NCBI RefSeq assembly: GCF_054482595.1
Contig: NZ_CM137008.1
Strand: one strand, 5' to 3'
DNA length: 64,000 nucleotides
In this document: one piece after another, positions 42,798 to 53,430 of the stretch
Position numbering within the stretch: the stretch's first letter is position 1
How the letters are laid out: the number at the start of each line of letters is the position of its first letter
The notes under the pieces: generated by a model
What the model was told of the DNA's origin: nothing
Database searches by the model: none
The model's input: the letters and a program-made list of their open reading frames with translations, nothing else
Made by a program: the position numbers and the translations under genes

Positions 42798-44515
42798 GCC
42801 AGGGATTCCTGCACATGAAGACTGGCAGCATAAGCCTTCTGATAACGTTTTTTCGCTTCCGCACGGGCAGGCTTGCCGGAGGACGTTCGGGGAATACTGT
42901 GGGGCGGCAACAGATCGATAGCCGCGGTCACGCCAAATTCGCTTTGGATCCGTGCCGCCAGCGCGTGGATAAGCTGCCCGCGACGTTCTTCATCGCTGAT
43001 CCGACACTGGATCTGCAAAATGATTTTTTCCTGGGCGGTAACAAAAGCAATCGCATCGCCAGAATGAATTTCCGGTTCCTGTTCCGCAATATATTCAATA
43101 TCCTGCGGCCAGATATTACGGCCACGAATAATAATCAGATCTTTAATGCGTCCGGTGACATACAGATAACCGTCCAGCAGATAACCGAGGTCGCCAGTGT
43201 CTAACCAGCCCGTCGCGGCAATCTCGTCTTGCGAAGCCTGGTCGCCAAAGTAACCGCTCATCAGACTGGGACCGGAGATGCAAATATGGCCTACCACACG
43301 TTCCGCGACCGGCATACCTGCTTCATTGCGGATTTCAATACCATGTTCCGGCAACGCTTTGCCGCAGTTGACGAAAGTCGATACGGCGCGTGTCTCTGCA
43401 CCCGGCGCGACGGCTTTACCCTGATATTCGAGGATGTCGCGATCCACTTCGTTAACCACAACCCCGGAGGCTTCATCAGAGAAGCTGACAGCCAGCGCAT
43501 TTTCTGCCAGTCCGTAGCACGGCATGAAAGTTTTATTGTCAAAGTTAACCTGACGGAAACATTCAGCGAATTGATGGAGTTGTTCTGCGGAGATGGGTTC
43601 TGCACCAATACCAGCGACGCGCCAGCAGGAAAGATCCAGTTCAGCGAGATCTTTTTCATTCACGCGGCGCTGGCACAATTCATAGCCAAACGGCGGCGCA
43701 ACGGAAACGGTGCCGCGATTTTTACTGATCAATTTAAGCCATTGCAGAGGACGCATGGCAAAATCCTGAGTGCGCAAATAATCTACTGAAAGCTGCGTGG
43801 CGACCGGGGTCAGGAGAAAGCCGACCAGTCCCATATCATGGTAGAAAGGCAGCCAGGAGACGCAGCGGTCGCCAGGGCGTAATTTAATGCCGTCGTGGCT
43901 TATAGCACGTAGATTAGCCATCACTTCGCGATGGGTGATAATGACGCCACGGGGAAAACGGGTGCTGCCGGAGGTGTACTGGAGGTAGGCGATATCGTTC
44001 GGAACTGGACGCTGGAGCGCAACATCGGCTTCCGGTAATGCCTTATACCAGGCGTGGCTTAATACATGCAATTCGGGGTTGTTATGCGTGGCGGCATTGA
44101 CCAGCGGCAACCACTCATCACCAGTGATAATGGCAGCGGGCTGGCAACTTGCCAGTAAACCCTGCAGTTTGGCGCTCCAGGAATCCCGCTGACCGACGCC
44201 CATTGGAATCGCCAACGGGACGGCGACTAAGCCGGCATACTGGCAGGAAAAAAAAGCCTCTACGAACCCGCTACTGGTTTCGGCAATCAGTGCCACGCGA
44301 TCGCCTTTTTTCAGGTTCAGCGATAACAACCGCTTCGCACCAGCTTCGGCACGCGCTTTTAACGTCTGATATTCCAGTTGATCTTCAAGTTGGCAACGTC
44401 TGTCATAAAAATTCATTCCAGCGCTACTCAGAGCGGCGTAGTCCAAAGCATCAACCAGCGTTGGAAAATCGGCATAGCGCATAGGTAGGGAATGCGTAAA
44501 GATTTTATTAGACAT
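42794..44515 (-). CDS. Fatty-acyl-AMP ligase / acyl-CoA (acyl-ACP) synthetase family; start uncertain (44515 ATG preferred over 44542 TTG and 44482 ATG)
   Basis: About 573 aa ANL-superfamily adenylating enzyme; AMP-binding motif YTSGSTRFPRGV; 4-nt overlap with the downstream reductase. Confidence 0.75.
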   Translation of the reverse strand: MSNKIFTHSLPMRYADFPTLVDALDYAALSSAGMNFYDRRCQLEDQLEYQTLKARAEAGAKRLLSLNLKKGDRVALIAETSSGFVEAFFSCQYAGLVAVPLAIPMGVGQRDSWSAKLQGLLASCQPAAIITGDEWLPLVNAATHNNPELHVLSHAWYKALPEADVALQRPVPNDIAYLQYTSGSTRFPRGVIITHREVMANLRAISHDGIKLRPGDRCVSWLPFYHDMGLVGFLLTPVATQLSVDYLRTQDFAMRPLQWLKLISKNRGTVSVAPPFGYELCQRRVNEKDLAELDLSCWRVAGIGAEPISAEQLHQFAECFRQVNFDNKTFMPCYGLAENALAVSFSDEASGVVVNEVDRDILEYQGKAVAPGAETRAVSTFVNCGKALPEHGIEIRNEAGMPVAERVVGHICISGPSLMSGYFGDQASQDEIAATGWLDTGDLGYLLDGYLYVTGRIKDLIIIRGRNIWPQDIEYIAEQEPEIHSGDAIAFVTAQEKIILQIQCRISDEERRGQLIHALAARIQSEFGVTAAIDLLPPHSIPRTSSGKPARAEAKKRYQKAYAASLHVQESLA

Positions 44516-44878
44516 ATACACCACGAAAAAATTGGATATCAAAAATAAAATGACAATAATGCGGTGGATTATATAGGTATAAAAGATAAATGAGATAGTA
44601 TTTTCATTGGTGTGATATTGAACATTGATTAAAATAATGCTTTAAATCTTAACTCTGTTTATTGTGAATAATATTTAATTTATGAATATATTAAGATAAT
44701 GCCCTGGTGGGTCGCATTAAATCCACAATAGTCATGTTGATCGGCTAACGGTGGCGCTGGTGTATCGTAATTATTCATAAATATTATTTTATTTTTCCTT
44801 ATATTCATTGCGTGGATAGTTAAGGTACCGTCCGTTGCTGTTTATTTTCAGCATTAATTATTTGTTATCCACTAAGCT

Positions 44879-46021
44879 ATGGAACGCGATCTGCTGATGA
44901 TTAAAATTGAAAAAGTAATAAATAAAAACGACTTAAAGGCATTTATCGCTTTTCCGTCATTACTTTATCCCGACGATCCAAACTGGATACCCCCTTTATT
45001 CATTGAACGCAACGAGCATTTGTCTGCGAAAAATCCGGGGACGGACCATATCATCTGGCAGGCGTGGGTGGCAAAAAAAGCGGGGCAGATAGTTGGGCGT
45101 ATTACCGCGCAAATAGATACCTTGCACCGCGAGCGTTACGGCAAAGATACCGGTCATTTCGGCATGATTGACGCCATTGATGATCCGCAGGTTTTTGCCG
45201 CGTTGTTTGGCGCAGCGGAAGCGTGGTTGAAGTCACAAGGTGCAAGTAAGATCAGCGGTCCTTTCAGCCTGAATATCAATCAGGAAAGCGGATTACTGAT
45301 TGAAGGTTTCGATACACCACCCTGTGCGATGATGCCGCACGGTAAACCGTGGTATGCCGCGCATATTGAACAATTGGGTTATCACAAAGGCATTGATTTA
45401 CTGGCGTGGTGGATGCAGCGAACCGATCTCACTTTCTCTCCGGCGCTAAAAAAACTGATGGATCAGGTGCGCAAAAAGGTGACCATTCGCTGCATCAATC
45501 GCCAGCGGTTTGCCGAAGAGATGCAGATCCTGCGTGAGATTTTCAACTCTGGCTGGCAGCACAACTGGGGATTTGTGCCGTTTACCGAACATGAATTCGC
45601 GACCATGGGCGACCAACTTAAATATCTGGTGCCGGACGATATGATCTACATCGCTGAGATTGATTCTGCACCCTGCGCGTTTATTGTCGGCTTGCCGAAC
45701 ATCAACGAGGCGATTGCCGATCTGAACGGATCGCTCTTTCCCTTCGGCTGGGCAAAATTGCTGTGGCGTTTGAAAGTCAGCGGTGTGCGAACTGCGCGAG
45801 TACCGCTGATGGGCGTGCGCGACGAGTATCAGTTCAGCCGCATCGGCCCGGTGATTGCGCTGTTATTGATTGAAGCCTTACGCGATCCGTTTGCCCGCCG
45901 GAAGATCGATGCGCTGGAGATGTCATGGATCCTCGAAACCAATACAGGCATGAATAACATGCTGGAACGCATTGGGGCGGAGCCGTACAAGCGTTACCGA
46001 TTGTATGAAAAGCAGATTTAA
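44879..46021 (+). CDS. yghO: GNAT-like acyltransferase-family protein (intact here; an IS5-disrupted pseudogene in K-12, from memory)
   Basis: 380 aa uninterrupted ORF divergent from the synthase operon across a 336-bp AT-rich region; GNAT assignment is tentative. Confidence 0.65.
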   Translation: MERDLLMIKIEKVINKNDLKAFIAFPSLLYPDDPNWIPPLFIERNEHLSAKNPGTDHIIWQAWVAKKAGQIVGRITAQIDTLHRERYGKDTGHFGMIDAIDDPQVFAALFGAAEAWLKSQGASKISGPFSLNINQESGLLIEGFDTPPCAMMPHGKPWYAAHIEQLGYHKGIDLLAWWMQRTDLTFSPALKKLMDQVRKKVTIRCINRQRFAEEMQILREIFNSGWQHNWGFVPFTEHEFATMGDQLKYLVPDDMIYIAEIDSAPCAFIVGLPNINEAIADLNGSLFPFGWAKLLWRLKVSGVRTARVPLMGVRDEYQFSRIGPVIALLLIEALRDPFARRKIDALEMSWILETNTGMNNMLERIGAEPYKRYRLYEKQI

Positions 46022-46027
46022 TACCAG

Positions 46028-46792
46028 CTAACTCAGGTTCATCTCCAGCGGCACCGCCGAGCGAATCAAATGGTGGCCTTCCAGCTCGATATCGTGGAGA
46101 TTCTTTTTCACGGTCCGCACATGATCGCGTGCTGCGCGCTGGGCGACGTGCGGCAGCCGCTGCAACACCGCGTTGTAGATCCGCGCATGCTGGCGATCGA
46201 TCTGCTTTTTTTGCTGTGGTCGATGGTAGAGATTATTTACGCTGGCAAACACTGAATTAAACATCAGGTCGGTCAATGATTGCAGCGTAAACACCAGCAC
46301 CTGATTGTGAGAAGCCTGACAAATGGCGAGATGGAAAGCGTGATCCAACTGCGCATGTTCGATCAGCGAAATCTCTTTGTTGTTCTCACTGGCGGCGAGC
46401 ATTTTTTCATAACAGCGGGTTATCACAACAAAATCAGCCTGCGTTCCCAGCGTTGCCGCAAGCCTTGCCGATTCGCCCTCCAGTAATGCGCGAACGTCGA
46501 GCAGATCGTACAGCGTTCGCGGCTGCGTACTGAACAGATGGATCAGCGGGCTGGTGTCCTGCACCCGATTAAGCCGTGCGACACGAGAATCGCGACCCTG
46601 CGCCGTTTCAATAATCCCGCGCCCGCGCAGCACGGTCAGCCCTTCACGCAGTGCGGAGCGTGAGAAGCCGAGCTTTTCACACAGTCGACGTTCCGAGGGA
46701 AGCGGCTGACCGACCTTCAGTACGCCGTCGATAATTAACCGTTCGATACTCTCTGCAACCACTTCGCAAATAGGGCGACGTTCATCTTTCAT
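46028..46792 (-). CDS. glcC: GntR-family transcriptional activator of the glc operon; ORF track start at 46852 is over-extended
   Basis: Translation from MKDERRPICEVVAESIERLIIDG; GntR HTH plus FCD domain; divergent from glcD. Confidence 0.92.
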   Translation of the reverse strand: MKDERRPICEVVAESIERLIIDGVLKVGQPLPSERRLCEKLGFSRSALREGLTVLRGRGIIETAQGRDSRVARLNRVQDTSPLIHLFSTQPRTLYDLLDVRALLEGESARLAATLGTQADFVVITRCYEKMLAASENNKEISLIEHAQLDHAFHLAICQASHNQVLVFTLQSLTDLMFNSVFASVNNLYHRPQQKKQIDRQHARIYNAVLQRLPHVAQRAARDHVRTVKKNLHDIELEGHHLIRSAVPLEMNLS

Positions 46793-47042
46793 TCCCGGAC
46801 CTCGTGCACAGGTAGGACCAATTTTTCTGTACTTAACTCGCAAAACACGCACATCACGTAAGTGATTATGTTACATCAATTTAACATTGAGTTAACCAAG
46901 ACAAGGTCACAGAGCTGGAAAAAAAATGGTCTGACCGGTAGCTAAAGAGATAGACGAAAACGAAAAGCCCGCTTAATAACTGTTCACAGAAGCAGCGCGC
47001 AAAAATCAGCTGCCACACAACACAACAAAGCGAAGCCTACTC
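46793..47042. promoter_or_regulatory. Divergent glcC / glcDEFGBA control region
   Basis: 250-bp intergenic between divergently oriented glcC and glcD. Confidence 0.6.
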
Positions 47043-48542
47043 ATGAGCATCTTGTACGAAGAGCGTCTTGATGGCGCTTTACCCGATGTCGACCGCACAT
47101 CGGTACTGATGGCACTGCGTGAGCATGTCCCTGGACTTGAGATCCTGCATACCGATGAGGAGATCATTCCTTACGAGTGTGACGGGTTGAGCGCGTATCG
47201 CACGCGTCCATTACTGGTTGTTCTGCCTAAGCAGATGGAACAGGTGACATCGATTCTGGCTGTCTGCCACCGCCTGCGTGTACCGGTGGTGACCCGTGGT
47301 GCAGGCACCGGGCTTTCTGGTGGCGCGCTGCCGCTGGAAAAAGGTGTGTTGTTGGTGATGGCGCGCTTTAAAGAGATCCTCGACATTAACCCCGTTGGTC
47401 GCCGCGCGCGCGTGCAGCCAGGCGTGCGTAACCTGGCGATCTCCCAGGCCGTTGCACCGCATAATCTCTACTACGCACCGGACCCTTCCTCACAAATCGC
47501 CTGTTCCATTGGCGGCAACGTGGCAGAAAATGCCGGCGGCGTCCACTGCCTGAAATATGGTCTGACCGTACATAACCTGCTGAAAATTGAAGTGCAAACG
47601 CTGGATGGCGAGGCACTGACGCTGGGATCGGATGCGCTGGATTCGCCTGGTTTTGACCTGCTGGCGCTGTTCACCGGATCGGAAGGTATGCTCGGCGTGA
47701 CCACCGAAGTAACGGTGAAGCTGTTGCCGAAGCCGCCCGTGGCGCGGGTTCTGTTAGCCAGCTTTGACTCGGTAGAAAAAGCCGGACTTGCAGTTGGTGA
47801 CATCATCGCCAATGGCATTATCCCCGGCGGGCTGGAGATGATGGATAACCTGTCGATCCGCGCGGCGGAAGATTTTATTCATGCCGGTTATCCCGTCGAC
47901 GCCGAAGCGATTTTGTTATGCGAGCTGGACGGCGTGGAGTCTGACGTACAGGAAGACTGCGAGCGGGTCAACGACATCTTGTTGAAAGCGGGCGCGACTG
48001 ACGTCCGTCTGGCACAGGACGAAGCAGAGCGCGTACGTTTCTGGGCCGGTCGCAAAAATGCGTTCCCGGCGGTAGGACGTATCTCCCCGGATTACTACTG
48101 CATGGATGGCACCATCCCGCGTCGCGCCCTGCCTGGCGTACTGGAAGGCATTGCCCGTTTATCGCAGCAATATGATTTACGTGTTGCCAACGTCTTTCAT
48201 GCCGGAGATGGCAACATGCACCCGTTAATCCTTTTCGATGCCAACGAACCCGGTGAATTTGCCCGCGCGGAAGAGCTGGGCGGGAAGATCCTCGAACTCT
48301 GCGTTGAAGTTGGCGGCAGCATCAGTGGGGAACATGGCATCGGGCGAGAAAAAATCAATCAAATGTGCGCCCAGTTCAACAGCGATGAAATCACGACCTT
48401 CCATGCGGTCAAGGCGGCGTTTGACCCCGATGGTTTGCTGAACCCTGGGAAAAACATTCCCACGCTACACCGCTGTGCTGAATTTGGTGCCATGCATGTG
48501 CATCACGGTCATTTACCTTTCCCTGAACTGGAGCGTTTCTGA
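47043..48542 (+). CDS. glcD: Glycolate oxidase FAD-binding subunit
   Basis: 499 aa FAD-linked oxidase. Confidence 0.95.
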   Translation: MSILYEERLDGALPDVDRTSVLMALREHVPGLEILHTDEEIIPYECDGLSAYRTRPLLVVLPKQMEQVTSILAVCHRLRVPVVTRGAGTGLSGGALPLEKGVLLVMARFKEILDINPVGRRARVQPGVRNLAISQAVAPHNLYYAPDPSSQIACSIGGNVAENAGGVHCLKYGLTVHNLLKIEVQTLDGEALTLGSDALDSPGFDLLALFTGSEGMLGVTTEVTVKLLPKPPVARVLLASFDSVEKAGLAVGDIIANGIIPGGLEMMDNLSIRAAEDFIHAGYPVDAEAILLCELDGVESDVQEDCERVNDILLKAGATDVRLAQDEAERVRFWAGRKNAFPAVGRISPDYYCMDGTIPRRALPGVLEGIARLSQQYDLRVANVFHAGDGNMHPLILFDANEPGEFARAEELGGKILELCVEVGGSISGEHGIGREKINQMCAQFNSDEITTFHAVKAAFDPDGLLNPGKNIPTLHRCAEFGAMHVHHGHLPFPELERF

Positions 48543-49594
48543 TGCTACGCGAGTGTGATTACAGCCAGGCGCTGCTGGAGCAGGTGAATCAGGCAATTAG
48601 CGATAAAACGCCGCTGGTGATTCAGGGCAGCAATAGCAAAGCCTTTTTAGGTCGCCCTGTCACCGGGCAAACGCTGGATGTGCGTTGTCATCGCGGCATT
48701 GTTAATTACGACCCGACCGAGCTGGTGATAACCGCTCGTGCCGGAACGCCGCTGGTGGCGATTGAAGCGGCGCTGGAGAGCGCCGGGCAAATGCTTCCCT
48801 GCGAGCCGCCGCATTATGGTGAAGAAGCCACCTGGGGCGGGATGGTCGCCTGCGGGCTGGCGGGGCCGCGTCGCCCGTGGAGCGGTTCGGTCCGCGATTT
48901 TGTCCTCGGCACGCGCATCATTACCGGCGCTGGAAAACATCTGCGTTTTGGTGGCGAAGTGATGAAAAACGTTGCCGGATACGATCTCTCACGGTTAATG
49001 GCCGGAAGCTACGGTTGTCTTGGCGTGCTCACTGAAATCTCAATGAAAGTGTTACCGCGACCGCGCGCCTCCCTGAGCCTGCGTCGGGAAATCAACCTGC
49101 AAGAAGCCATGAGTGAAATCGCCGAGTGGCAACTCCAGCCATTACCCATTAGTGGCTTATGTTACTTCGACAATGCGTTGTGGATCCGCCTTGAGGGCGG
49201 CGAAGGATCGGTAAAAGCAGCGCGTGAACTGCTGGGTGGCGAAGAGGTTGCGGGTCAGTTCTGGCAGCAATTGCGTGAACAACAACTGCCGTTCTTCTCG
49301 TTACCAGGTACCTTATGGCGCATTTCATTACCCAGCGATGCGCCGATGATGGATTTACCCGGCGAGCAACTGATCGACTGGGGCGGGGCGTTACGCTGGC
49401 TGAAATCGACAGCCGAGGACAATCAAATCCATCGCATCGCCCGCAACGCTGGCGGTCATGCGACCCGCTTTAGTGCCGGAGATGGTGGCTTTGCCCCGCT
49501 ATCGGCTCCTTTATTCCGCTATCACCAGCAGCTTAAACAGCAGCTCGACCCTTGCGGCGTGTTTAACCCCGGTCGCATGTACGCGGAACTTTGA
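48542..49594 (+). CDS. glcE: Glycolate oxidase FAD-binding subunit GlcE
   Basis: 350 aa; ATGA overlap with glcD. Confidence 0.93.
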   Translation: MLRECDYSQALLEQVNQAISDKTPLVIQGSNSKAFLGRPVTGQTLDVRCHRGIVNYDPTELVITARAGTPLVAIEAALESAGQMLPCEPPHYGEEATWGGMVACGLAGPRRPWSGSVRDFVLGTRIITGAGKHLRFGGEVMKNVAGYDLSRLMAGSYGCLGVLTEISMKVLPRPRASLSLRREINLQEAMSEIAEWQLQPLPISGLCYFDNALWIRLEGGEGSVKAARELLGGEEVAGQFWQQLREQQLPFFSLPGTLWRISLPSDAPMMDLPGEQLIDWGGALRWLKSTAEDNQIHRIARNAGGHATRFSAGDGGFAPLSAPLFRYHQQLKQQLDPCGVFNPGRMYAEL

Positions 49595-49604
49595 GGAGCA
49601 GGCT

Positions 49605-50828
49605 ATGCAAACCCAATTAACTGAAGAGATGCGGCAGAACGCGCGCGCGCTGGAAGCCGACAGCATCCTGCGCGCCTGTGTTCACTGCGGATTTTGTACC
49701 GCAACCTGCCCAACCTATCAGCTTCTGGGCGATGAACTGGACGGGCCGCGCGGGCGCATCTATCTGATTAAACAGGTGCTGGAAGGCAACGAAGTCACGC
49801 TTAAAACACAGGAGCATCTCGATCGCTGCCTCACTTGCCGCAATTGTGAAACCACCTGTCCTTCTGGTGTGCGCTATCACAATTTGCTGGATATCGGGCG
49901 TGATATTGTCGAGCAGAAAGTGAAACGCCCACTGCCGGAGCGAATACTGCGCGAAGGATTGCGCCAGGTAGTGCCGCGTCCGGCGGTCTTCCGTGCGCTG
50001 ACGCAGGTAGGGCTGGTGCTGCGACCGTTTTTACCGGAACAGGTCAGAGCAAAACTGCCTGCTGAAACGGTGAAAGCTAAACCGCGTCCGCCGCTGCGCC
50101 ATAAGCGTCGGGTTTTAATGCTGGAAGGCTGCGCCCAGCCTACGCTTTCGCCCAACACCAACGCGGCAACTGCGCGAGTGCTGGATCGTCTGGGGATCAG
50201 CGTCATGCCAGCTAACGAAGCAGGCTGTTGTGGCGCGGTGGACTATCATCTTAATGCGCAGGAGAAAGGGCTGGCGCGGGCGCGCAATAATATTGATGCC
50301 TGGTGGCCCGCGATTGAAGCAGGTGCCGAGGCAATTTTGCAAACCGCCAGCGGCTGCGGTGCGTTTGTCAAAGAGTACGGGCAGATGCTGAAAAGCGATG
50401 CGTTATATGCCGATAAAGCGCGTCAGGTCAGTGAACTGGCGGTCGATTTAGTCGAGCTTCTGCGCGAGGAACCGCTGGAAAAACTGGCAATTCGCGGCGA
50501 TAAAAAACTGGCCTTCCACTGCCCGTGTACCCTACAACATGCGCAAAAGCTGAACGGCGAAGTGGAAAAAGTGTTGCTTCGTCTTGGATTTACCTTAACG
50601 GACGTTCCCGACAGCCATCTGTGCTGCGGTTCAGCGGGAACATATGCGTTAACGCATCCCGATCTGGCACGCCAGCTGCGGGATAACAAAATGAATGCGC
50701 TGGAAAGCGGCAAACCGGAAATGATCGTCACCGCCAACATTGGTTGCCAGACGCATCTGGCGAGCGCCGGTCGTACCTCTGTGCGTCACTGGATTGAAAT
50801 TGTAGAACAAGCCCTTGAAAAGGAATAA
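49605..50828 (+). CDS. glcF: Glycolate oxidase iron-sulfur subunit; ORF track start at 49458 is over-extended
   Basis: Translation from MQTQLTEEMRQNARALE; CxxCxxCxxxCP 4Fe-4S motifs (CVHCGFCTATCP, CLTCRNCETTCP). Confidence 0.93.
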   Translation: MQTQLTEEMRQNARALEADSILRACVHCGFCTATCPTYQLLGDELDGPRGRIYLIKQVLEGNEVTLKTQEHLDRCLTCRNCETTCPSGVRYHNLLDIGRDIVEQKVKRPLPERILREGLRQVVPRPAVFRALTQVGLVLRPFLPEQVRAKLPAETVKAKPRPPLRHKRRVLMLEGCAQPTLSPNTNAATARVLDRLGISVMPANEAGCCGAVDYHLNAQEKGLARARNNIDAWWPAIEAGAEAILQTASGCGAFVKEYGQMLKSDALYADKARQVSELAVDLVELLREEPLEKLAIRGDKKLAFHCPCTLQHAQKLNGEVEKVLLRLGFTLTDVPDSHLCCGSAGTYALTHPDLARQLRDNKMNALESGKPEMIVTANIGCQTHLASAGRTSVRHWIEIVEQALEKE

Positions 50829-50832
50829 AAAA

Positions 50833-51237
50833 ATGAAAACTAAAGTCATTCTTAGCCAGCAAATGGCGAGTGCAATTATTGCCGCAGGTCAGGAAGAGGC
50901 GCAGAAAAATAACTGGTCTGTTTCCATTGCTGTTGCCGATGACGGCGGTCATCTGCTGGCGTTAAGTCGCATGGACGATTGCGCGCCGATTGCGGCTTAC
51001 ATCTCTCAGGAGAAAGCGCGTACCGCCGCGCTGGGGCGTCGTGAAACTAAGGGCTATGAAGAGATGGTGAACAACGGACGTACCGCGTTCGTGACTGCGC
51101 CGTTATTAACGTCGCTGGAAGGCGGCGTACCGGTTGTTGTTGATGGGCAAATTATTGGTGCCGTGGGCGTTTCTGGTTTAACCGGAGTACAGGATGCGCA
51201 GGTCGCGAAAGCGGCAGCAGCGGTGTTGGCGAAATAA
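50833..51237 (+). CDS. glcG: GlcG protein (DUF336/heme-binding-like); ORF track start at 50815 is over-extended
   Basis: Translation from MKTKVILSQQMASAIIAAGQ. Confidence 0.9.
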   Translation: MKTKVILSQQMASAIIAAGQEEAQKNNWSVSIAVADDGGHLLALSRMDDCAPIAAYISQEKARTAALGRRETKGYEEMVNNGRTAFVTAPLLTSLEGGVPVVVDGQIIGAVGVSGLTGVQDAQVAKAAAAVLAK

Positions 51238-51258
51238 GCGAAAACGAGGAGAGAAACA

Positions 51259-53430
51259 ATGAGTCAAACCATAACCCAGGGCCGTTTACGCATTGACGCC
51301 AATTTTAAACGTTTTGTGGATGAAGAAGTTTTACCGGGAACAGGGCTGGACGCTGCGGCGTTCTGGCGCAATTTTGATGAGATCGTTCACGATCTGGCAC
51401 CAGAAAATCGTCAGTTGCTGGCAGAACGCGATCGCATTCAGGCGGCGCTTGATGAGTGGCATCGCAGCAATCCGGGGCCGGTAAAAGATAAAGCGGCCTA
51501 TAAATCTTTCCTGCGTGAACTGGGCTACCTGGTGCCGCAACCGGAGCGCGTGACGGTGGAAACCACGGGCATTGACAGCGAAATCACCAGTCAGGCGGGG
51601 CCACAGCTGGTGGTTCCGGCAATGAACGCCCGCTACGCGCTGAACGCGGCGAACGCTCGCTGGGGCTCACTGTACGATGCGTTATACGGCAGCGACATCA
51701 TCCCGCAGGAAGGGGCGATGGTCAGCGGCTACGATCCGCAACGCGGTGAGCAAGTTATCGCCTGGGTTCGGCGTTTCCTCGATGAATCTCTACCGCTGGA
51801 AAACGGCAGCTATCAGGATGTGGTGGCGTTTAAGGTGGTCGATAAACAATTACGCATCCAGTTGAAAAATGGTAAAGAAACCACGTTACGTACCCTGGCG
51901 CAGTTTGTCGGTTACCGTGGCAATGCCGATGCGCCGACCTGCATTTTGCTGAAAAATAACGGCCTGCATATTGAGCTACAAATCGATGCCAACGGGCGTA
52001 TTGGCAAAGACGATCCGGCGCACATCAACGATGTTATCGTCGAAGCGGCCATCAGTACCATTCTCGACTGCGAAGATTCGGTCGCGGCGGTTGATGCGGA
52101 AGATAAAATCCTGCTGTACCGCAATCTGCTGGGCCTGATGCAGGGGACTCTGCAAGAGAAAATGGAGAAAAACGGTCGGCAAATCGTGCGTAAATTGAAT
52201 GACGATCGTCAGTACACCGCCGCCGATGGCTCTGAAATTTCTCTGCACGGACGCTCGTTGCTGTTTATCCGCAACGTGGGTCATTTGATGACCATTCCTG
52301 TGATTTGGGACAGCGAAGGTAATGAAATACCGGAAGGCATTCTTGATGGCGTCATGACTGGCGCGATTGCCCTCTATGATTTAAAAGTGCAGAAAAACTC
52401 GCGCACTGGCAGCGTCTATATTGTGAAACCGAAAATGCACGGTCCGCAGGAAGTGGCGTTCGCCAACAAACTGTTTACCCGCATTGAGACAATGCTCGGT
52501 ATGGCACCGAATACCCTGAAAATGGGCATTATGGATGAAGAACGTCGGACCTCGCTGAACTTGCGTAGCTGTATCGCTCAGGCGCGCAACCGCGTGGCGT
52601 TCATCAATACCGGTTTCCTCGACCGTACCGGCGATGAAATGCATTCGGTGATGGAAGCTGGCCCGATGCTGCGTAAAAACCAGATGAAATCGACGCCGTG
52701 GATCAAAGCCTACGAACGTAATAACGTGCTTTCCGGTCTGTTCTGTGGGCTGCGCGGTAAAGCGCAAATTGGTAAAGGCATGTGGGCAATGCCGGACCTG
52801 ATGGCAGACATGTACAGCCAGAAGGGCGACCAACTGCGTGCCGGGGCAAACACAGCCTGGGTTCCGTCACCAACCGCTGCTACGCTCCATGCGCTGCACT
52901 ACCACCAAACCAACGTACAGAGCGTGCAAGCCAACATTGCCCAGAGCGAGTTCAATGCTGAATTTGAACCGCTGCTGGACGATCTGCTGACTATTCCGGT
53001 TGCTGAAAACGCTAACTGGTCGGCGCAAGAGATCCAACAAGAGCTGGATAACAACGTGCAGGGGATTCTGGGGTACGTGGTGCGCTGGGTGGAGCAGGGG
53101 ATTGGTTGTTCAAAAGTGCCGGATATTCACAATGTGGCGCTGATGGAAGACCGCGCAACGCTGCGTATCTCCAGCCAGCATATCGCCAACTGGTTACGTC
53201 ACGGTATTCTGACCAAAGAACAGGTGCAGGCGTCGCTGGAGAATATGGCGAAAGTGGTTGATCAGCAAAACGCTGGCGATCCGGCTTATCGTCCGATGGC
53301 GGGGAATTTCGCTAACTCGTGTGCTTTTAAAGCTGCCAGCGATTTGATCTTCCTCGGCGTGAAACAGCCAAACGGTTATACCGAACCGTTATTACACGCC
53401 TGGCGTTTACGCGAAAAAGAAAGTCATTAA
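51259..53430 (+). CDS. glcB: Malate synthase G
   Basis: 723 aa; [27 protein letters not shown]. Confidence 0.96.
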   Translation: MSQTITQGRLRIDANFKRFVDEEVLPGTGLDAAAFWRNFDEIVHDLAPENRQLLAERDRIQAALDEWHRSNPGPVKDKAAYKSFLRELGYLVPQPERVTVETTGIDSEITSQAGPQLVVPAMNARYALNAANARWGSLYDALYGSDIIPQEGAMVSGYDPQRGEQVIAWVRRFLDESLPLENGSYQDVVAFKVVDKQLRIQLKNGKETTLRTLAQFVGYRGNADAPTCILLKNNGLHIELQIDANGRIGKDDPAHINDVIVEAAISTILDCEDSVAAVDAEDKILLYRNLLGLMQGTLQEKMEKNGRQIVRKLNDDRQYTAADGSEISLHGRSLLFIRNVGHLMTIPVIWDSEGNEIPEGILDGVMTGAIALYDLKVQKNSRTGSVYIVKPKMHGPQEVAFANKLFTRIETMLGMAPNTLKMGIMDEERRTSLNLRSCIAQARNRVAFINTGFLDRTGDEMHSVMEAGPMLRKNQMKSTPWIKAYERNNVLSGLFCGLRGKAQIGKGMWAMPDLMADMYSQKGDQLRAGANTAWVPSPTAATLHALHYHQTNVQSVQANIAQSEFNAEFEPLLDDLLTIPVAENANWSAQEIQQELDNNVQGILGYVVRWVEQGIGCSKVPDIHNVALMEDRATLRISSQHIANWLRHGILTKEQVQASLENMAKVVDQQNAGDPAYRPMAGNFANSCAFKAASDLIFLGVKQPNGYTEPLLHAWRLREKESH

